DNA of 63,292 nt, counting the filler, from Phoronis australis (taxonomy: Eukaryota > Animalia > Phoronida), in assembly GCA_002633005.1 (NCBI GenBank). It is 7 parts of 7 records of this genome, joined end to end, with 100 filler letters (N's around TTAATTAATTAA, not from the genome) between each part and the next. Parts side by side here need not be neighbours in the genome. Positions count along the whole stretch, not along the records: positions 31,994 to 49,867 come from NMRA01000173.1; positions 49,968 to 55,330 come from NMRA01000179.1; 5 more parts are not named here. One strand, 5' to 3'. Below the pieces are notes generated by a model that was given only the letters and a program-made list of their open reading frames with translations, was not told the DNA's origin and searched no databases. How positions within the stretch are numbered: the stretch's first letter is position 1; every line of letters starts with the position of its first letter. Below are positions 38,298-51,725 of the stretch, piece after piece. The position numbers and the translations under genes were made by a program.

Positions 38298-38374
38298 GGT
38301 TTGGTATTTCAAGCAAGCTGTGGGATTTTCCTTTCCAGACTTTAATACCAAAAAAGACAACAAAGACAAGCTGA
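38298..38374 (+). CDS. FA2H: Fatty acid 2-hydroxylase, last coding exon (not in the ORF track)
   Basis: TTTTACAG acceptor, then (G)FGISSKLWDFPFQTLIPKKTTKTS*, matching the FA2H GFGIS..WD..F.T C-terminus in the correct phase. Confidence 0.9.
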
Positions 38375-41300
38375 ATATGGTTACCGTGGAGAATTCTTAA
38401 TTTAAGGACATGGTAGATTTTAGTCCATTGTTTCTGTTTTAAATTCTGGGTATTTACTTTAAAACTGAGGCTTCTACTTGGTGAAAAGTTAAAATGATCT
38501 TGCCAAATTAATAATCGCTTGATGATGGTAGATTCCATACTTTACTGTGTGGCTACCATTCGTACCAAACTTAATTTCAGAATGAATTTTACCTCATCAT
38601 GTTGTACAAAATGTCTTGAATATTTGCACACAGTCTAATATCTGGATTGAGAGTTTGCCTTGGCATAGGTTGAACATTCAAAGGTTTGCAAGTAACATGC
38701 CAGCTGTTGAAGAAGAGATTCCTGCCTTTGTTACTATGACTAGCTTAGCCTCAAACTTCTAAGTAATATAACGATACGGTCTAACTTCTTTGTGACTACA
38801 GTTTCATGTGTGCATGTAAAGTAGTCTCACACTTTCCATCTAAAACCACAGCCTTATTAGTTGATTTTAGTAATCGGTGAAGTTTGCTATTTTGCCCAAT
38901 AAGACTGTGCCGTTTGAAGTTGCCAGACATTTCAGTAGAGAGCAATCACATTTGAGCTTTATGTATCAATTTCATTTTAACTTGACAGTCTAAGAATTGT
39001 TTTTCTTTATTGTAGACAAAACCTCTAAAGCCTCGTGCTGGGACATCTTTGAAAAAAAAACATGGTTGTGGCTCTTGTGGTGGAAGCATTAGTTTGCGTT
39101 CGTTAATACAGAGATTTAGCGTTTCTAATAACACAATATCAACACCTGTAATGAAGTTCACTGATTGGTGCAGTAGGAAGATTCACCTTTGCAAACTTTT
39201 ATTTTTGCTTGAAGTTTTTGATTTCGTCTCGATTTAATCAGCTTTAAGTGGGACTTAAATAATGGCTCATCTGAGCAAAACATTTGAGCTAGTTTGTCAT
39301 GTAAAGTATGACTGAAATACATAGCTACAAGAACTTGCTTTTGGAAAAGGTGTATTGATTAGCAACACTCACTACATTTAAATAATCTCATTTTACATTT
39401 CTTATTTCATATTAATTATATTAAAGTTATACAAGAATTTGTTCAATTTTTAAATTTAAAAATTGCAAGACAGATCACAGTCTATCACCATTATTTAAAC
39501 ATGGTTGATCTAAAATTTTCTCATCTGTTCGCTTATTTTTGATTTTTCATTTTTTGACTTTTCTACATGTAGAGTAGTGGGTTGGACTTAATTTTTTGTA
39601 TTTTAACAGCGGAAACAATGTTTGGGATCCTGTTGGTGTTTTTGTTAATCTATAAAACTGACCATGTGCTTGTTGTCCGAAATGGTAAAGGTGGAGTTAA
39701 AGTAGCTATGAAGAAGATAATTACATGTAATGGGATGAATATGGATGTAATGTTATGTCACTTTAGATTGGGGATTGTGAATATGGATGTAATGTTATGT
39801 CACTTTAGATTGGGGATTGCGTGAGGAGTATTGTGTGATCCACATTACTTGTTGCCATCACAAACTTGAGTAGCAAAATGCACTTACCTAAAAACTAAAA
39901 CATGTCGGTTGAGAATAATCAGTCAGTTAGTGAAGATCCTTGTTCTAGCAGTGAGCTGAAGATTTCCTCACCTCATCACTCCATGCCTCAACACAGTACT
40001 AAGGCTGCTGACTACGGAAACGTTGAGCCGCATGATGTTTGACCTTGGAATAAGTGAATTTTGCTCAGTTTGTAGCAGTACATTATCTCCAAAGGTGAAA
40101 ATGTAGGTGCATTTAAACTTGTCGTATTACTAGCTATAATATCGTTTAACATTTTTGTGGACAGGTTTTCTGTGCCCCTCACTGCATGGTTGCTGAGCCA
40201 ATCTTACTTATGATCACAGCATGACCAGTGTGTACCTGCGTAGCAAACTATGTGTGATACTTAAGCTAACTCAGCTTTTCTTAATCATGATACATTCCAC
40301 AAAATTAGACAGGGAACGTGTTTATAGGCATGTATTAGTCAACTATATATTTTTGTATCTCTCAATATCTGCTGATTGTTTTTAGTTGTTGACTTGAGTA
40401 TTGAAATAGCAACTTTAGTGACCTTTAACCTCCCTAACCACAAGATTTAATTGGACAACTCTCCTGTCCTTGTGTCTCCATGCATGTGTGTCTTTAGACT
40501 TAAATGTTGCCAGAATGTGTAAACCACTTGCAGATCGGATGTGGTGGTTTCTGTTTCTTGTAAAACAGTAGGCAAGTGGCGCCTTCTGTGGTTTGTCAGG
40601 TATAGTTAGACCACACGGCTCGGCCCATGGCACTGATCACCTGCAAATACATGGCTTGTTTCTTAATTTTAAGAGTAAAGTATTGATAGGCTTTGCCTGC
40701 TGTTGCTGTATTGGGTGCATGTAGTAGTTCAGTTGGCATCTCTTGCTAAGTGCTTTTTATAAACAGCTCATGAATGAGTCTCATGTTTTGTGCTAGCTTA
40801 TTACGGTTTGCGTGATTTCACGCCATGTATAATCTGATGGATATTAACAATTGTTTTTACATTGAGGGAAACGGAGTGGGATAGACTGATGCCTGGAAAT
40901 ATCGGTGTTGTAGTTTTAGTAACTTAAATGTAATGGACAGTGTATTGCATAGTACATAGTGTCTTCGTATTGACCCATGTGTCTGCTTGGTTTATTTATT
41001 TGCTATGTCTTTGCTTCAGTCATTCATTTGCTCTGGTTAGGGGTAGCTGCTAGCTGAGGAGCATAGGAGGCCCACATTCTGCTTTCTTGGGGCCTAGTCA
41101 GATATGAATGCAGTCAAATTTAGCCTAGGGCTCCCAATGGTTATGACCAGCCCTGTTTATTATCAAAGGAATGTCAAGTCACATGTTTAGTCTTGCAAGT
41201 ATGTTTGTCCAAGATTTGTATATGAAGCTGAAGAAAGTGAGGGGAGGGAAAGAATTGTGGCAAAACTGAAGAGGTTGCTCTTGATGTAGATACAAAAAAC

Positions 41301-42345
41301 TTTAGTGCAATCAGTATTGGTGCGAATGTACCTTTACTGTAGGGTTTTGCATTCACTGAAGCAGGAAGCTCTTCTCAAACTGTGAGGTGTTAGAGTGCAA
41401 TACATTGAAAACATGACATAGAATCAGGTAATCAATATATTAATTGTGAACTGTGTAACTGACTTTGGGGTGTTGTAAAATAAAGGGACCCTTTCATTCT
41501 TTGTGATGGCCTAAGATGGAATTTAAAATGGGGTTATTAAATCTTACTCTGAAAAAATGTGTCCCATACTATGATAAATTTATTTCTAACCAGAAACAGT
41601 TCATTGAGAGCTAGTGTGCCAGTAAAAAGGTGTCTGGGTGCAAACCCGACCCAATAAGATATTTTCATCTGGGACCAACACTTCTGGTCAAATTGGTTTT
41701 CACTCAAGGGTAAACTGGTTGCTATGGCGACAAAAAGCGACTTTGTCCTAGTTGCTTTTCGTTTTCAGGAAGTTTGAAATTTTCCTTCAGGGATCACTCT
41801 AAGACAAAATTCTTTAGTTTACATGAGTTACCATAGGCACTGATGTGACTTGTCTTTTCAAAACTGGAGACCTGTATAGCCCAGTCTTCACTACTAGAGA
41901 GGAAAATTTTTTTCTGATGTGTTCAAGTAGGGAGTAGGGCTGTGTTCAGGTAGGGAGTAGGCCTGATTTCATGTTAGCCACATGCAGTTGTTGAATGTAA
42001 GTAGTCTACCGTTTCCGGGATTTTTGCTGCAGAAAAAAGCCCAGACATTCGTCACTGACGTTTGTTGTTTGAGTAAACTATAGAGTGTTATGTTCGCATT
42101 TTAACGGGTCAGTATGGATAGATTATGATAACAATTAGTTCACCTGTGTGTAATTCCCCGTCTGGCATGTTAGTTAGTATCTGAAGTTCGTACGTTTCGG
42201 AGTTATAGAGGGCCACACTCTTTTTGTTGTTATGGTGTTTCCAATAAACGTATTTAAAGGATATGCATCCTGTTTCATCGACTTTTGTTGCATCGCATTA
42301 CAAACGTAAAAGACCTCAAACTTCTGCTAGAGAGTCCAACCGCAC

Positions 42346-42540
42346 GGGTCCTGTATTCCTCGTTCCTGTATTCCCCCGTCCCTGTGCTCTCCCATTCCTG
42401 TACACCCGTTCCAGTAGTATTCCCCGTCGTATTCCCCCGTCCCTATGTTCCCCAACTGATGTTCCCTCGCCCGTATGATTCCCCAACCCTCGGTTGTGTT
42501 CACCAGTCCTTGTATTCCCTGTCCCTTTGTTCCCCCGTCT
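42346..42540. repeat. Degenerate ~16-bp minisatellite (GTCCCTGTRTTCCCC)
   Basis: About 12 imperfect units visible. Confidence 0.8.
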
Positions 42541-43017
42541 CGACGACCATGAGCCCGACACCATGGCACCAACCTCGAAACAACAAATTTGCCTTAAAAG
42601 GCCAATAAATTAGAAAATATCGAATAACCTGAGAACGGTAAGTCGTCGCGAGAAACCAATGACCCACTACAGATAGGTGTTGATGAGGTCCGTCTATATA
42701 CCAAGTTCCAGAGGATTCGCTCAAGTTATCGCAACTGACACCTGCAGCACCACATGCGATCATTCTTGAAATGCTGTCACCAGTGGCGGATCTATGATAT
42801 CACAAGGGGGGTGCCCAACATTTTCTTTGTAAGCATTTGCGCAAACCACGATTGTACATGCGTATAGCACCGAATGGGGCGGGAGGACGGGAGGGGGGTT
42901 TGCCCAGGAAATTTTTCTGTTTTTTCCTCTAAAAATCAAGCATTTTCCTTGATTCCTGAAGTATTATCCAAGAAAAAAGGCAAAAAAAAAAACGGAGAAC
43001 GTATCAAACAGGAAAAA

Positions 43018-43090
43018 CCGTGAGCACCACAGACTCGAACTCACGACCTGGCGGATAGAGCGCGCGTGCTTTACCACTACACCACCACGA
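43018..43090 (-). repeat. tRNA-derived sequence (SINE head or pseudo-tRNA)
   Basis: Minus strand has A box TGGTGTAGTGG and B box GAGTTCGAGTC followed by TTTTT; anticodon arm shortened. Confidence 0.6.
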
Positions 43091-43685
43091 TTTCACTACT
43101 AATATAGTGCTACGAGACCTAATTGTTTATAGTCCACAGCGTTTGCGCGCGAAACCTACTTCTTTTCGTAATGCTTATTACACATTTTGTGTAATCGGTT
43201 CTTAACAAATTTGTTGTATTTAAAATAGTCTTTAAAGACCAAATCCATTTTTCGTGTTGGCAATAATGACGGGATTGCTTTGGAAATCGTCTTAAGTTCA
43301 GGTTTGACAAAGAGAGAATTATGAGTTTCTGAGTGATTCACCAATTCACGATTAAAATTCACATCTTACCAGCAGTTTCTGTTTTTTCATCGTCACTCAG
43401 GTTCCAGTAAATTTCCTTCATTGCACAGTGGAGCACACGACGGAAACGGAGTCGTAGTGCGCAGCGCCACTGCCGGTCGCCTGGGATATCGCGGGAGAGC
43501 TTATACTTGGCCATAGTTCCGTTGCGAATGCGCCCTGTTCCGAATTTGACACTCGAAATTGGATCTGAGCTCCCCCCCCCAAAACTGCACACATTTAAAA
43601 CTTGTTTCACCCGTTTAATTTTAATTACCGGGGTTAATTAATAAACTCAACATTTTCCTACGCTCTTGCCGTTTTATTTTTTTGC

Positions 43686-44230
43686 GGCAGCCAAGGAAAC
43701 GCGAAAGCTCGTAAAATATATCTTTTAAGCAATTCCTGACGGTAGCACCATCTCGCAACTTCTTGTACAGAGTAATTCACTTTTCCCTGTGAGGAAATTT
43801 CTAGACAAATTACAAAATTCACGAATTTTGAAATACGCCTGAAGGAAAAACTCCGGGGATTTTGTTATCAGTCGCCCTCTCATTTATGATAAATGCGCGC
43901 ATGCGCTCACAGTCAGTTGCTTGAAGTCACTTGAGGTCAAAGGTCAAACCTTACATATAAGGGGAATGTGCAACGCCCATATCTTGCCATACCAAATAAG
44001 AAAACGTGCTTTGCCTTGTGGGAGAAAAATTGACGAAGTGGTGAGCAGTTGACATGTCGTTTTTTTGAAATTTGAAAACAAGGCTAAAAGAAAAGGCTTT
44101 GATATCAACATAAACTAAAAATCGTTATGAACAAACCCTAAAAATACCTGGTGAGTAGGTTGAATTCTGTTTCAATGGCAGAGAACTTTCAATATTGCAG
44201 TTTACTCCGTTTATCACTTTCCAGGCCTCT
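43686..44230 (-). mobile_element. TTAA-target (Kolobok-like) MITE, diverged inverted copy
   Basis: Reverse-complement similarity to 47041-47557 throughout; ends CCAGGCCTCT|TTAA. Confidence 0.8.
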
Positions 44231-47040
44231 TTAAAAAGTCTCAATGATAGCTTACCATCCTGACATACATCAATAGTTATAGGGAGACAATCGCTGGAAC
44301 AAATTCTAGAAATCTGAACACGACCCATAGGATCACAGCAGTTTGATGACATTTATACATATAACTATCAATATTATTTAACAGAAGATTATAAAATCGT
44401 CAGTCCCTATTTGCACCGACTTCTTCATATCAACAAATGTGCTGGGAAGGTTTTCGCATTTCTGTTTTGGATTGTAGACGCCAATGAAGTAACGCGTTCG
44501 ACACACGGTGTATATGTTAGATAACCGTTTTGTTCCACAACATTCTGGCTTTAAAAAACACTACAAATTTATAGACACAGGAAAGTAGAGTGATTCGCCT
44601 AAAGAACACGAAAATCGTAATTCGAATGTTTTGGAATATCGGAATAGGAATGATATTGGCTTTCAACTACATGTACTTGTCTGTACACTGGGGATTGAAA
44701 GTAATCGGATGTGAGGCGATAGGCAGCGTGGGATACTTCACAACTTCATTAAAAGATGGATAATAAATACCCCTGAGCTTACTACAGAGTAACGTTAGAG
44801 TTCTGTTTGCCATTGCAAATATCATCTTGAGATGACTCTGTTTGCCATTGCAAATATCATCCTGAGATGACTCTTTACTTTCAATAAGTTCTTTAAAAAC
44901 TGGCCTTACAAAATTCTTGACGAAAGCAAAATTCCGGAACTTTTCCATTTATGACACACAAAATTAAAAATTGTGCGAATAACTCTTATCGCAAATCTCA
45001 TTTAAAAGGCACTATGTTACCATTTACCGTTGGACCAAGCCTCGCGGTATGACAGTGCTTTTTAGGTAAGTAATCCGATTTTATTTTGATTCTATCTCAA
45101 TAATTATTCTTTAGAAATCGTCGCGACGATCAACTACATAAGAAAGTTATTAGATGTCAGATCATCAGAGAAGAAAGCTGGAAAAACAAAGAGTCCAACA
45201 GGGGGCGTGGACCAAGTGAAACCTCCTGAGATGAAGTTAACGTGGACAGATATAACTCATTAAAGCGCTTTCTTTCAGTCAGAGTTCATGTTTTCTCACA
45301 GCTAATTGCTTTCAAAATGATTTGAAATTCCGGAGAACTAATTACTGGACAACCGTAATTATTAATTTGACAATTGTTCAGGAAATCATAGTAATTTTTC
45401 GTATGACATTTTGACGCCCACCTCTTGGCAAACGTTCAGCAATGTTGGAAATTTCCTTGTTTTTGTACTATTTAAATATTCATGGTCAGGGCGAGAACGG
45501 ATGCACACAGGTGAAGGTTATCGTAACCATGCAAAGCCCTTAGCGTCATTTTGTAAAGAAGTCGGTTGAACTTGTCTGTAAATCAATAGAGGACTTTTCA
45601 TGTTGGCGCTTCCTCGAGTAATGAGAGCGAGAAAGCTACTTCCGCTTAATCGACCGACTCGGATTTGGTGGACAGACAGTGATTCATTACTTTAAAACCA
45701 GAGGAATGACTCCCACTGGGTTGAAGCTACTAATTTACTTTAGCTTTTTGACATCGGCTGGTATCAAATGATTCCCCCGCTTTAAGACTCACATCGCGGT
45801 GATGGGAAATGCCAATAAGCGGCATCATCGGATGTCGTTCATTCATGGATACTTCAACAGGTTTGCTTGTTTATGTAAGCCGTTAGCACATCCTACTTCC
45901 CATCAGTGAAAATTTGCCGGTATTTCAATAGTATTAAAACACAGTTTATACCAGTCAGGTTTAATCTTCCTGTCGGCATTTCATGGGATCTGTATGCCGG
46001 GCGCTAAACGCCGTAGAGTTCAATAACGCTAAGACCTCCGAAGAGCAAGAGTTCGCAAGATTACGTGAGATATTGCCGTGTATTTTAAATGACAACCCGT
46101 GGTTTTGGCTTGATTTTTCACAGCCACTGACTACCCCACCCTGATCGCTGTCTAGCGGGATTTACAGTGAATTCAATATGGCGCGGCTATTTCGAAAGTC
46201 AGCTAGTATTCTGACGACCGATCTAACTCACATTTTCCAGATTCGATTTCCCGTTAACCGTTAGTCAATAAGTTGATGGAAAACATTATTTCTTGCGGCC
46301 GAACGGGCAAAAATATCGGGGCAAGACAGGTTGAAATGTTTAAACTCGCCGTAATTCAATAAACCATGTCAATTCTCAGGGCGTTGAAAACATTCACTCT
46401 CTTCACCGGCGTATTTACTCTTCTCAAAATGTCATAGCGTTCTTACTCATTGTTTGAGTTGAAATTGGTTACCAAAATCATTTGCAATTCCCACAAAGTC
46501 GAGTCAACCCGCCGGTGAGAAGTAACTTAATGGGCCTGATCAGAAACACTATAACTACATGTCTGTATCTACTTGAGCCTGCTAGATATCGTTTAATTTG
46601 AGTAAAGAACAAGATAGCATCAGTGGTCTAAATCAAAAGTTGACCAAGAGCACTGGGTTTGTTGAAATTCCCGTTCTGTGGCACAAACTTTTGCGATAAA
46701 AATGGTCTTCGAGAGACATCGCCTTGGCTTCAATCGAAGCACGGTAGGACATTAGCCTTACTGCCGTTTTCGCATTGCCAACGAACCGGCACGAGAGACC
46801 TTTCTCGCCTATTACGGTGTTGATTGAGAAGAGACCTGGGGTATATATGCAGAAATGTTGATGTGTGGCTTCAGGAAACAAACGGCCAAACGCACAATGG
46901 GTAGCAAACCGCATCATTTAATTGGGAAGATCAAGCCTACTTGCGAGCGTTGCAGATAAACAACACAACAACTACTTATCGTTGGAAGATATCACCAGAG
47001 TCGTTGCCTAGCACAAAAATCAGATAAGAATGGTCTTTAA

Positions 47041-47557
47041 AGAGGCCTGGAACGCGACAAACAGACTAATTTGCAATATTGAAAGTGGTTAATTCTCTGC
47101 CACTGAAACAGGATTCAACATGCTCACCAGGTATTTTTAGGGTTTGTTTGTAAAGATTTTTAATTTTTATTGATATCAAAGCATTTTCTTTTAGATTCAA
47201 GTTTTAAAATAACGACCTGTCAACTGCTCGCCACTTCGTCGATTTTTCTCCCACAAGCCAAAGCACGCCTCCTTATTTGGTATGGCAAGACATAGACGTG
47301 ACACATTTTCCATATAAGGGAAATGTGACCTTTGACTTCAAGCATCTGACTGTGAGCGCATACGCGCATAGTATCATAAGGGGGACAGAGATTAGAAACT
47401 GTGTGGTAACCAGTTTTTCCTTCGCGCTTATTTCAAAAATCGTGAATTTTGTTCTTTTTTCTGCAAATTTCCTAACAGGGGAAAGTGAATTACTCTATCT
47501 TAGAGGCTGCGAATTCTTTAAAAAATATTTTGACGACATTTCGCGTTCCATGCCTCT
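47041..47557 (+). mobile_element. TTAA-target (Kolobok-like) MITE, 517 bp
   Basis: TTAA|AGAGGCCTGGAACGCGA...TCGCGTTCCATGCCTCT|TTAA: a 17-bp TIR (1 mismatch), AG termini and a TTAA target duplication. Confidence 0.88.
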
Positions 47558-47897
47558 TTAAACAAAGAATGCACCCACAGTTACAATGTTTTCTTATTTC
47601 TTTTCGTATTCTTCATCCGCACATGCGATAGCATGATATGAGTTGTTTTTCTAACCAGAACAAATACAAAATAACAGAGAACATTTATGATATTTTTTAA
47701 GTTGTCATGTTGATATATTTACAAGTTCGCTACTTCAGCTGAGAACTATTTTGTTCATGGCGCAATGACTGCATGGGTTATTAGTCTGAACAAGAAACGA
47801 TTTTGTTCAAGGTGGATTACGTATAATTACGGAGCCAATTCCACTTTTCAGATTTTGTTCTCATAAGCGTTCGTGGTTATGCAGTCGGTGTCGCATG

Positions 47898-48025
47898 CAT
47901 GAGCGGCGCACCATAGGGGGCTGGGGGCAACAACCCCACTTTTTCAGCACTGCGCCGCCCATGGTCTGTGAGCAGTGCACTACAGGGGTGCTGGGGGCTA
48001 ATTTTTCAGTGCTGCGACGCCCGTG
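47898..48025. mobile_element. hAT-like mini-TIR dimer
   Basis: Colinear with 26330-26470. Confidence 0.7.
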
Positions 48026-48677
48026 ACATGTGATTGGTTCCTATAACTAACTGTTGTAACCTGATCGCTAACTGGCTCTCCTACAAGGGCTCGTGTCTCC
48101 AACAATTTGCGAAAGAGTGTCAATGAAGTGTGCAACTAGTCAACTGAGTCGTCACAAAGTGACAGTAATAGCGTTCCATAATCACTATAACGCCTGTCGA
48201 TTGCAAGTGCGATGTGTTTATTTATTCATATTAACGAGAATTTGCGATAAGGCCTTGTTCCCTTACGATGACCGTATAGTTTGTGAGCGGCAAAACGATA
48301 TTGTTTATTGTAAAATATATTTGTTTGCTATAAGACAGCGCCTGACAATGAAAAATGAGTAACAAAAGCCAGCAGAATTCAAATTGTTTCAACTCTCGTG
48401 ATACACGACATTACGTGTGCGAGTCAAAGTACTCAAAGTCTGGCAAAAATTTTTGTTTCTAAATTGCAAAACCGTTACATTCTGACAACAAGAATGGGTG
48501 TGAACGCCCATTGTGGTGCCACCTATCAGTTATAACGATTTGTTAAATCACTGTAGTTTAGTCTCATTTTTGTCAATATACCAACATCAAGTGTCTGCTT
48601 CAATATAGTATTTTATTCGCTTATAATTGTGTGTTTCTGATTCCTACATTGGTGACCTCGAACAGTGAACACTTACA

Positions 48678-49523
48678 ATGGCAGAGGGACATAGTGATAC
48701 AAAGCTTGTTACTGACCTCGCCTCAACTCTCCAGACGCTTGCAATGCAAACAACTCAGGTAAACGCGGTATCCATCAGGTTGCCAGACTTTTGGACAAAA
48801 TCGCCCGAAGTTTGGTTTGCCAAAGTCGAGGCTCAGTTTGGAACAAAAGGGATTGTGCAAGATCAGACAAAATATGATTATGTGGTGAGTGCCCTTGATG
48901 TCACCACAGCCGACGAAGTTCAGGCTATACTCCTCCACCCACCGCTCACAAACAAGTATAACGCATTGAAGTCCGCGCTCATCAACGCTTTTGGAAAGTC
49001 CCAGGCGCAGAAGGACTCTGAGCTTTTGAACCTCAATGGCCTGGGTGACAAACGTCCCACCGCTCTGATGAGACGTATCAATGCTCTCAATGATGACCCC
49101 CAGACTTTAAAACGTGCTTTATTCCTAACGAACCTGCCTTCCGACGTTCGCACTATCCTGGCGGGCCACAGCATTAATAGCATAGAGGACCTTGCTACGA
49201 CCGCGGACCGTATCTGGGAGGCACGTACTGCCGGTGTGCAACATGTCTCTATGCCTACCACCAGTCCGACAACGTTTTCGGGTTTTTATGATGACAACGC
49301 CAAGTCCACGTCCGCTTCGGTGGACGTGGTTTCTGCCGATAAGCGCTTCCGACGCCGTTCCCGTTCCCAGCAGGGTGACGCCAGCCCCCTTATGGGTTCC
49401 TCCACCGTATGCTTCTACCACATGAAGTTTGGGCCCGAGGCTCGTCGATGCCAGCCTGGCTGCAAGTTTGCGTCACTGATACCCAAGACAAACAACCAGG
49501 GAAACGCCACAGCCGGCCGTTGA
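48678..49523 (+). CDS. gag: Gag with CHCC zinc motif
   Basis: RLPDFW...PEVWFAKVEAQF; CFYHMKFGPEARRCQPGC (Cx2Hx9Cx3C). Confidence 0.9.
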   Translation: MAEGHSDTKLVTDLASTLQTLAMQTTQVNAVSIRLPDFWTKSPEVWFAKVEAQFGTKGIVQDQTKYDYVVSALDVTTADEVQAILLHPPLTNKYNALKSALINAFGKSQAQKDSELLNLNGLGDKRPTALMRRINALNDDPQTLKRALFLTNLPSDVRTILAGHSINSIEDLATTADRIWEARTAGVQHVSMPTTSPTTFSGFYDDNAKSTSASVDVVSADKRFRRRSRSQQGDASPLMGSSTVCFYHMKFGPEARRCQPGCKFASLIPKTNNQGNATAGR

Positions 49524-49549
49524 ACGTGGTAGCGGCCGGCGTCTCCACC
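49499..49549 (+). promoter_or_regulatory. -1 ribosomal frameshift signal (gag-pol)
   Basis: G_GGA_AAC slippery heptamer in the gag frame, 6-nt spacer, 10-bp stem 49512-49521/49531-49540. Confidence 0.85.
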
Positions 49550-51509
49550 TCCAACACGTTCTCCATTGTTGACCAACACACTGGTAGATATTTTTTAATT
49601 GACACTGGCGCCGACGTTTCTGTTTATCCTGCCTCTGCAACAGACCGCAAGACCAATCCACCTTCCGCACCTCTCTCCGCTGCTAACGGAACTTCCATAA
49701 ACACATGGGGCACCCGTACCCTCTCGGTGGTGCTCAGCCCTAAGCAGCAGTACGCTCATGAATTTTATCTTGCCGATGTTACTCGCCCGATTCTGGGAGC
49801 TGATTTTTTTATTGCCCACGACCTAGTTATTGATCTCAAGGGCAAGCGCCTTTTGTCTATCGATAATNNNNNNNNNNNNNNNNNNNNNNNNNNNNNNNNN
49901 NNNNNNNNNNNTTAATTAATTAANNNNNNNNNNNNNNNNNNNNNNNNNNNNNNNNNNNNNNNNNNNNCGCTGCAGCCCTTAGCTAGCCTCAGTGCCAGCT
50001 CACCAGTATGAAGACTACCGTCAAAATACAGCTAGCTTGTTAGTAGACCCATACAGCTTTGGGCCAAGACTACCCTTAAGCCTACCTGGTCGCTGGCCAC
50101 AGCTCTCGCTCAAACGAGGTTTATTTAGAACTTGGGTACTTCTGGCGAACTGTGCAAAGTTGTTGGCTTTCAACAGAGATTTTCCCAGACTTTGTATGAG
50201 CGCACCAAGCTTAAAAAATGGGGGGCTGGAATTTTTGGGAATGTCTATCTTTTACTATAAGATTCACTGGGTATGTTCAGAGTTATGAATTGCAGACGCT
50301 AAATTTTGGTACTTCCTATCTTCTAGTGGAATATATCGTCTCGTTTTCTACTTTTTTCGGAGTTCGTGCTTCTCTGACTGAGGCAGACCTTTTTCCATTT
50401 CTCCAAAGGGGGCTCGTTCGAGCACATAAGTATGACAAGTCCAATACAAAATGTTATAATTTTTTATTAATTAACCCAAAATGAGGCAAACTTTTAACAT
50501 AATAAGTAACTTAAAATGTACAATACTTTACAACATCTAGCATTACAAACACTATTCAACACATGCGCGCACCGAGGCTTCAACATGGGGGGCTCGAATT
50601 CCCGGCGATGTGGGCCTTTTGCTAAAAAAGAGTGGTCGGACTAAAAATAACGGGAGCACCACTGTGAATTGCGCGTTTGCGCTTCTTTAGTGGACTTTTC
50701 TCCCATTTTCTCGGGCTTTTTGTCTCTCGGGGGGTGACTTTTTGCCCACTTCGACAAATGGGGGGCTCATTCGAAAAAGTTTCGATTTTATGAAAGTGGA
50801 CTTACATGTAACTATTACCATGGTGACCAAATAGTGTTTCCTTACACCAGAATTTGACAAGCATGATTAAAAAAATCTGAAGTTGCAAGGAACAAGAATT
50901 ATAGGCTTGAAGCTTCACAATCCAACATAGCTTATTTAACGAATTAAGATTATTCATTTTGTTGACTTGATAACCTGAATTAAGAAACAATAAGCTACAA
51001 AACATGACTTGAAAGCAATTGAGATTTAAAATTTAGAAAAAAATGAATCATTTTGTGACACCAAATCAAGCCTTGAACAGCAGTTGACAAGCAAACAAAA
51101 AACCATTTCAAAATTATTTCAATTTTTTTTTAGCTTAGTTTAAGATCACCTGAATGGGAAATTCACAGTAAAATAATTCGAATATATCTTAGATTTTGCA
51201 CAAAAAACACGAAAGTTGAAAAAAGTTCCTTTTTTGTAGCAACGTTTGTCAAAATGCATCAACATTAAATCTTCACAAATTACAAAGTAGCCGATTGAAC
51301 ATGCCTTTCAGTTCAGCAAAACTCGCCATGTTGTCGGTGCCGCCAGAAATGAGACGAAGTCCAACGGGAATTGTGAGCACATTTATTACTTAATAAGTAA
51401 CAACTGCGAGGCTGAAATTTGGTGAACACCGTTGAGTCGTGCAGAATAGTAAGTAAAGATATGTCTAACTAAATTTCACCGTAATTTGTTGGCGAAAACA
51501 ATTTACCCA

Positions 51510-51725
51510 AATCGTAACTTATCCCGCTGTCCTACAATATGGCCGACGCGATCCAAACAAAGTGACCAAATTTCGCCACAAAACTTGCAATAACTTTACA
51601 CTGCTTGCCCCGATTTTGATACTTTTTCTATTTTTACTGAGTAGAATGCACTGACTTTCCGATGATAGCGAAGTATTTTTTCAAAAAGAGAAAAAAAATC
51701 GAAACGAAAAAAATTGGTTCGATCC
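51510..51725 (+). repeat. Dispersed repeat; second copy at ~58372-58575
   Basis: Shared TCGTAACTTAT.CCGCTGTC, CGATCCAAACA, AATAACTTT, CTTTCCGAT and TTGGTTCGAT in the same order. Confidence 0.75.

Larger units (their letters stand above)
48512..49867 (+). mobile_element. CsRn1-type Gypsy LTR retrotransposon, 5' part (cut by scaffold end)
   Basis: LTR ends CTACA at 48648 (start uncertain); PBS TGGTGACC(T)CG (tRNA-Trp); intact gag; protease FLIDTGADVS...PILGADF in the -1 frame. Confidence 0.9.
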
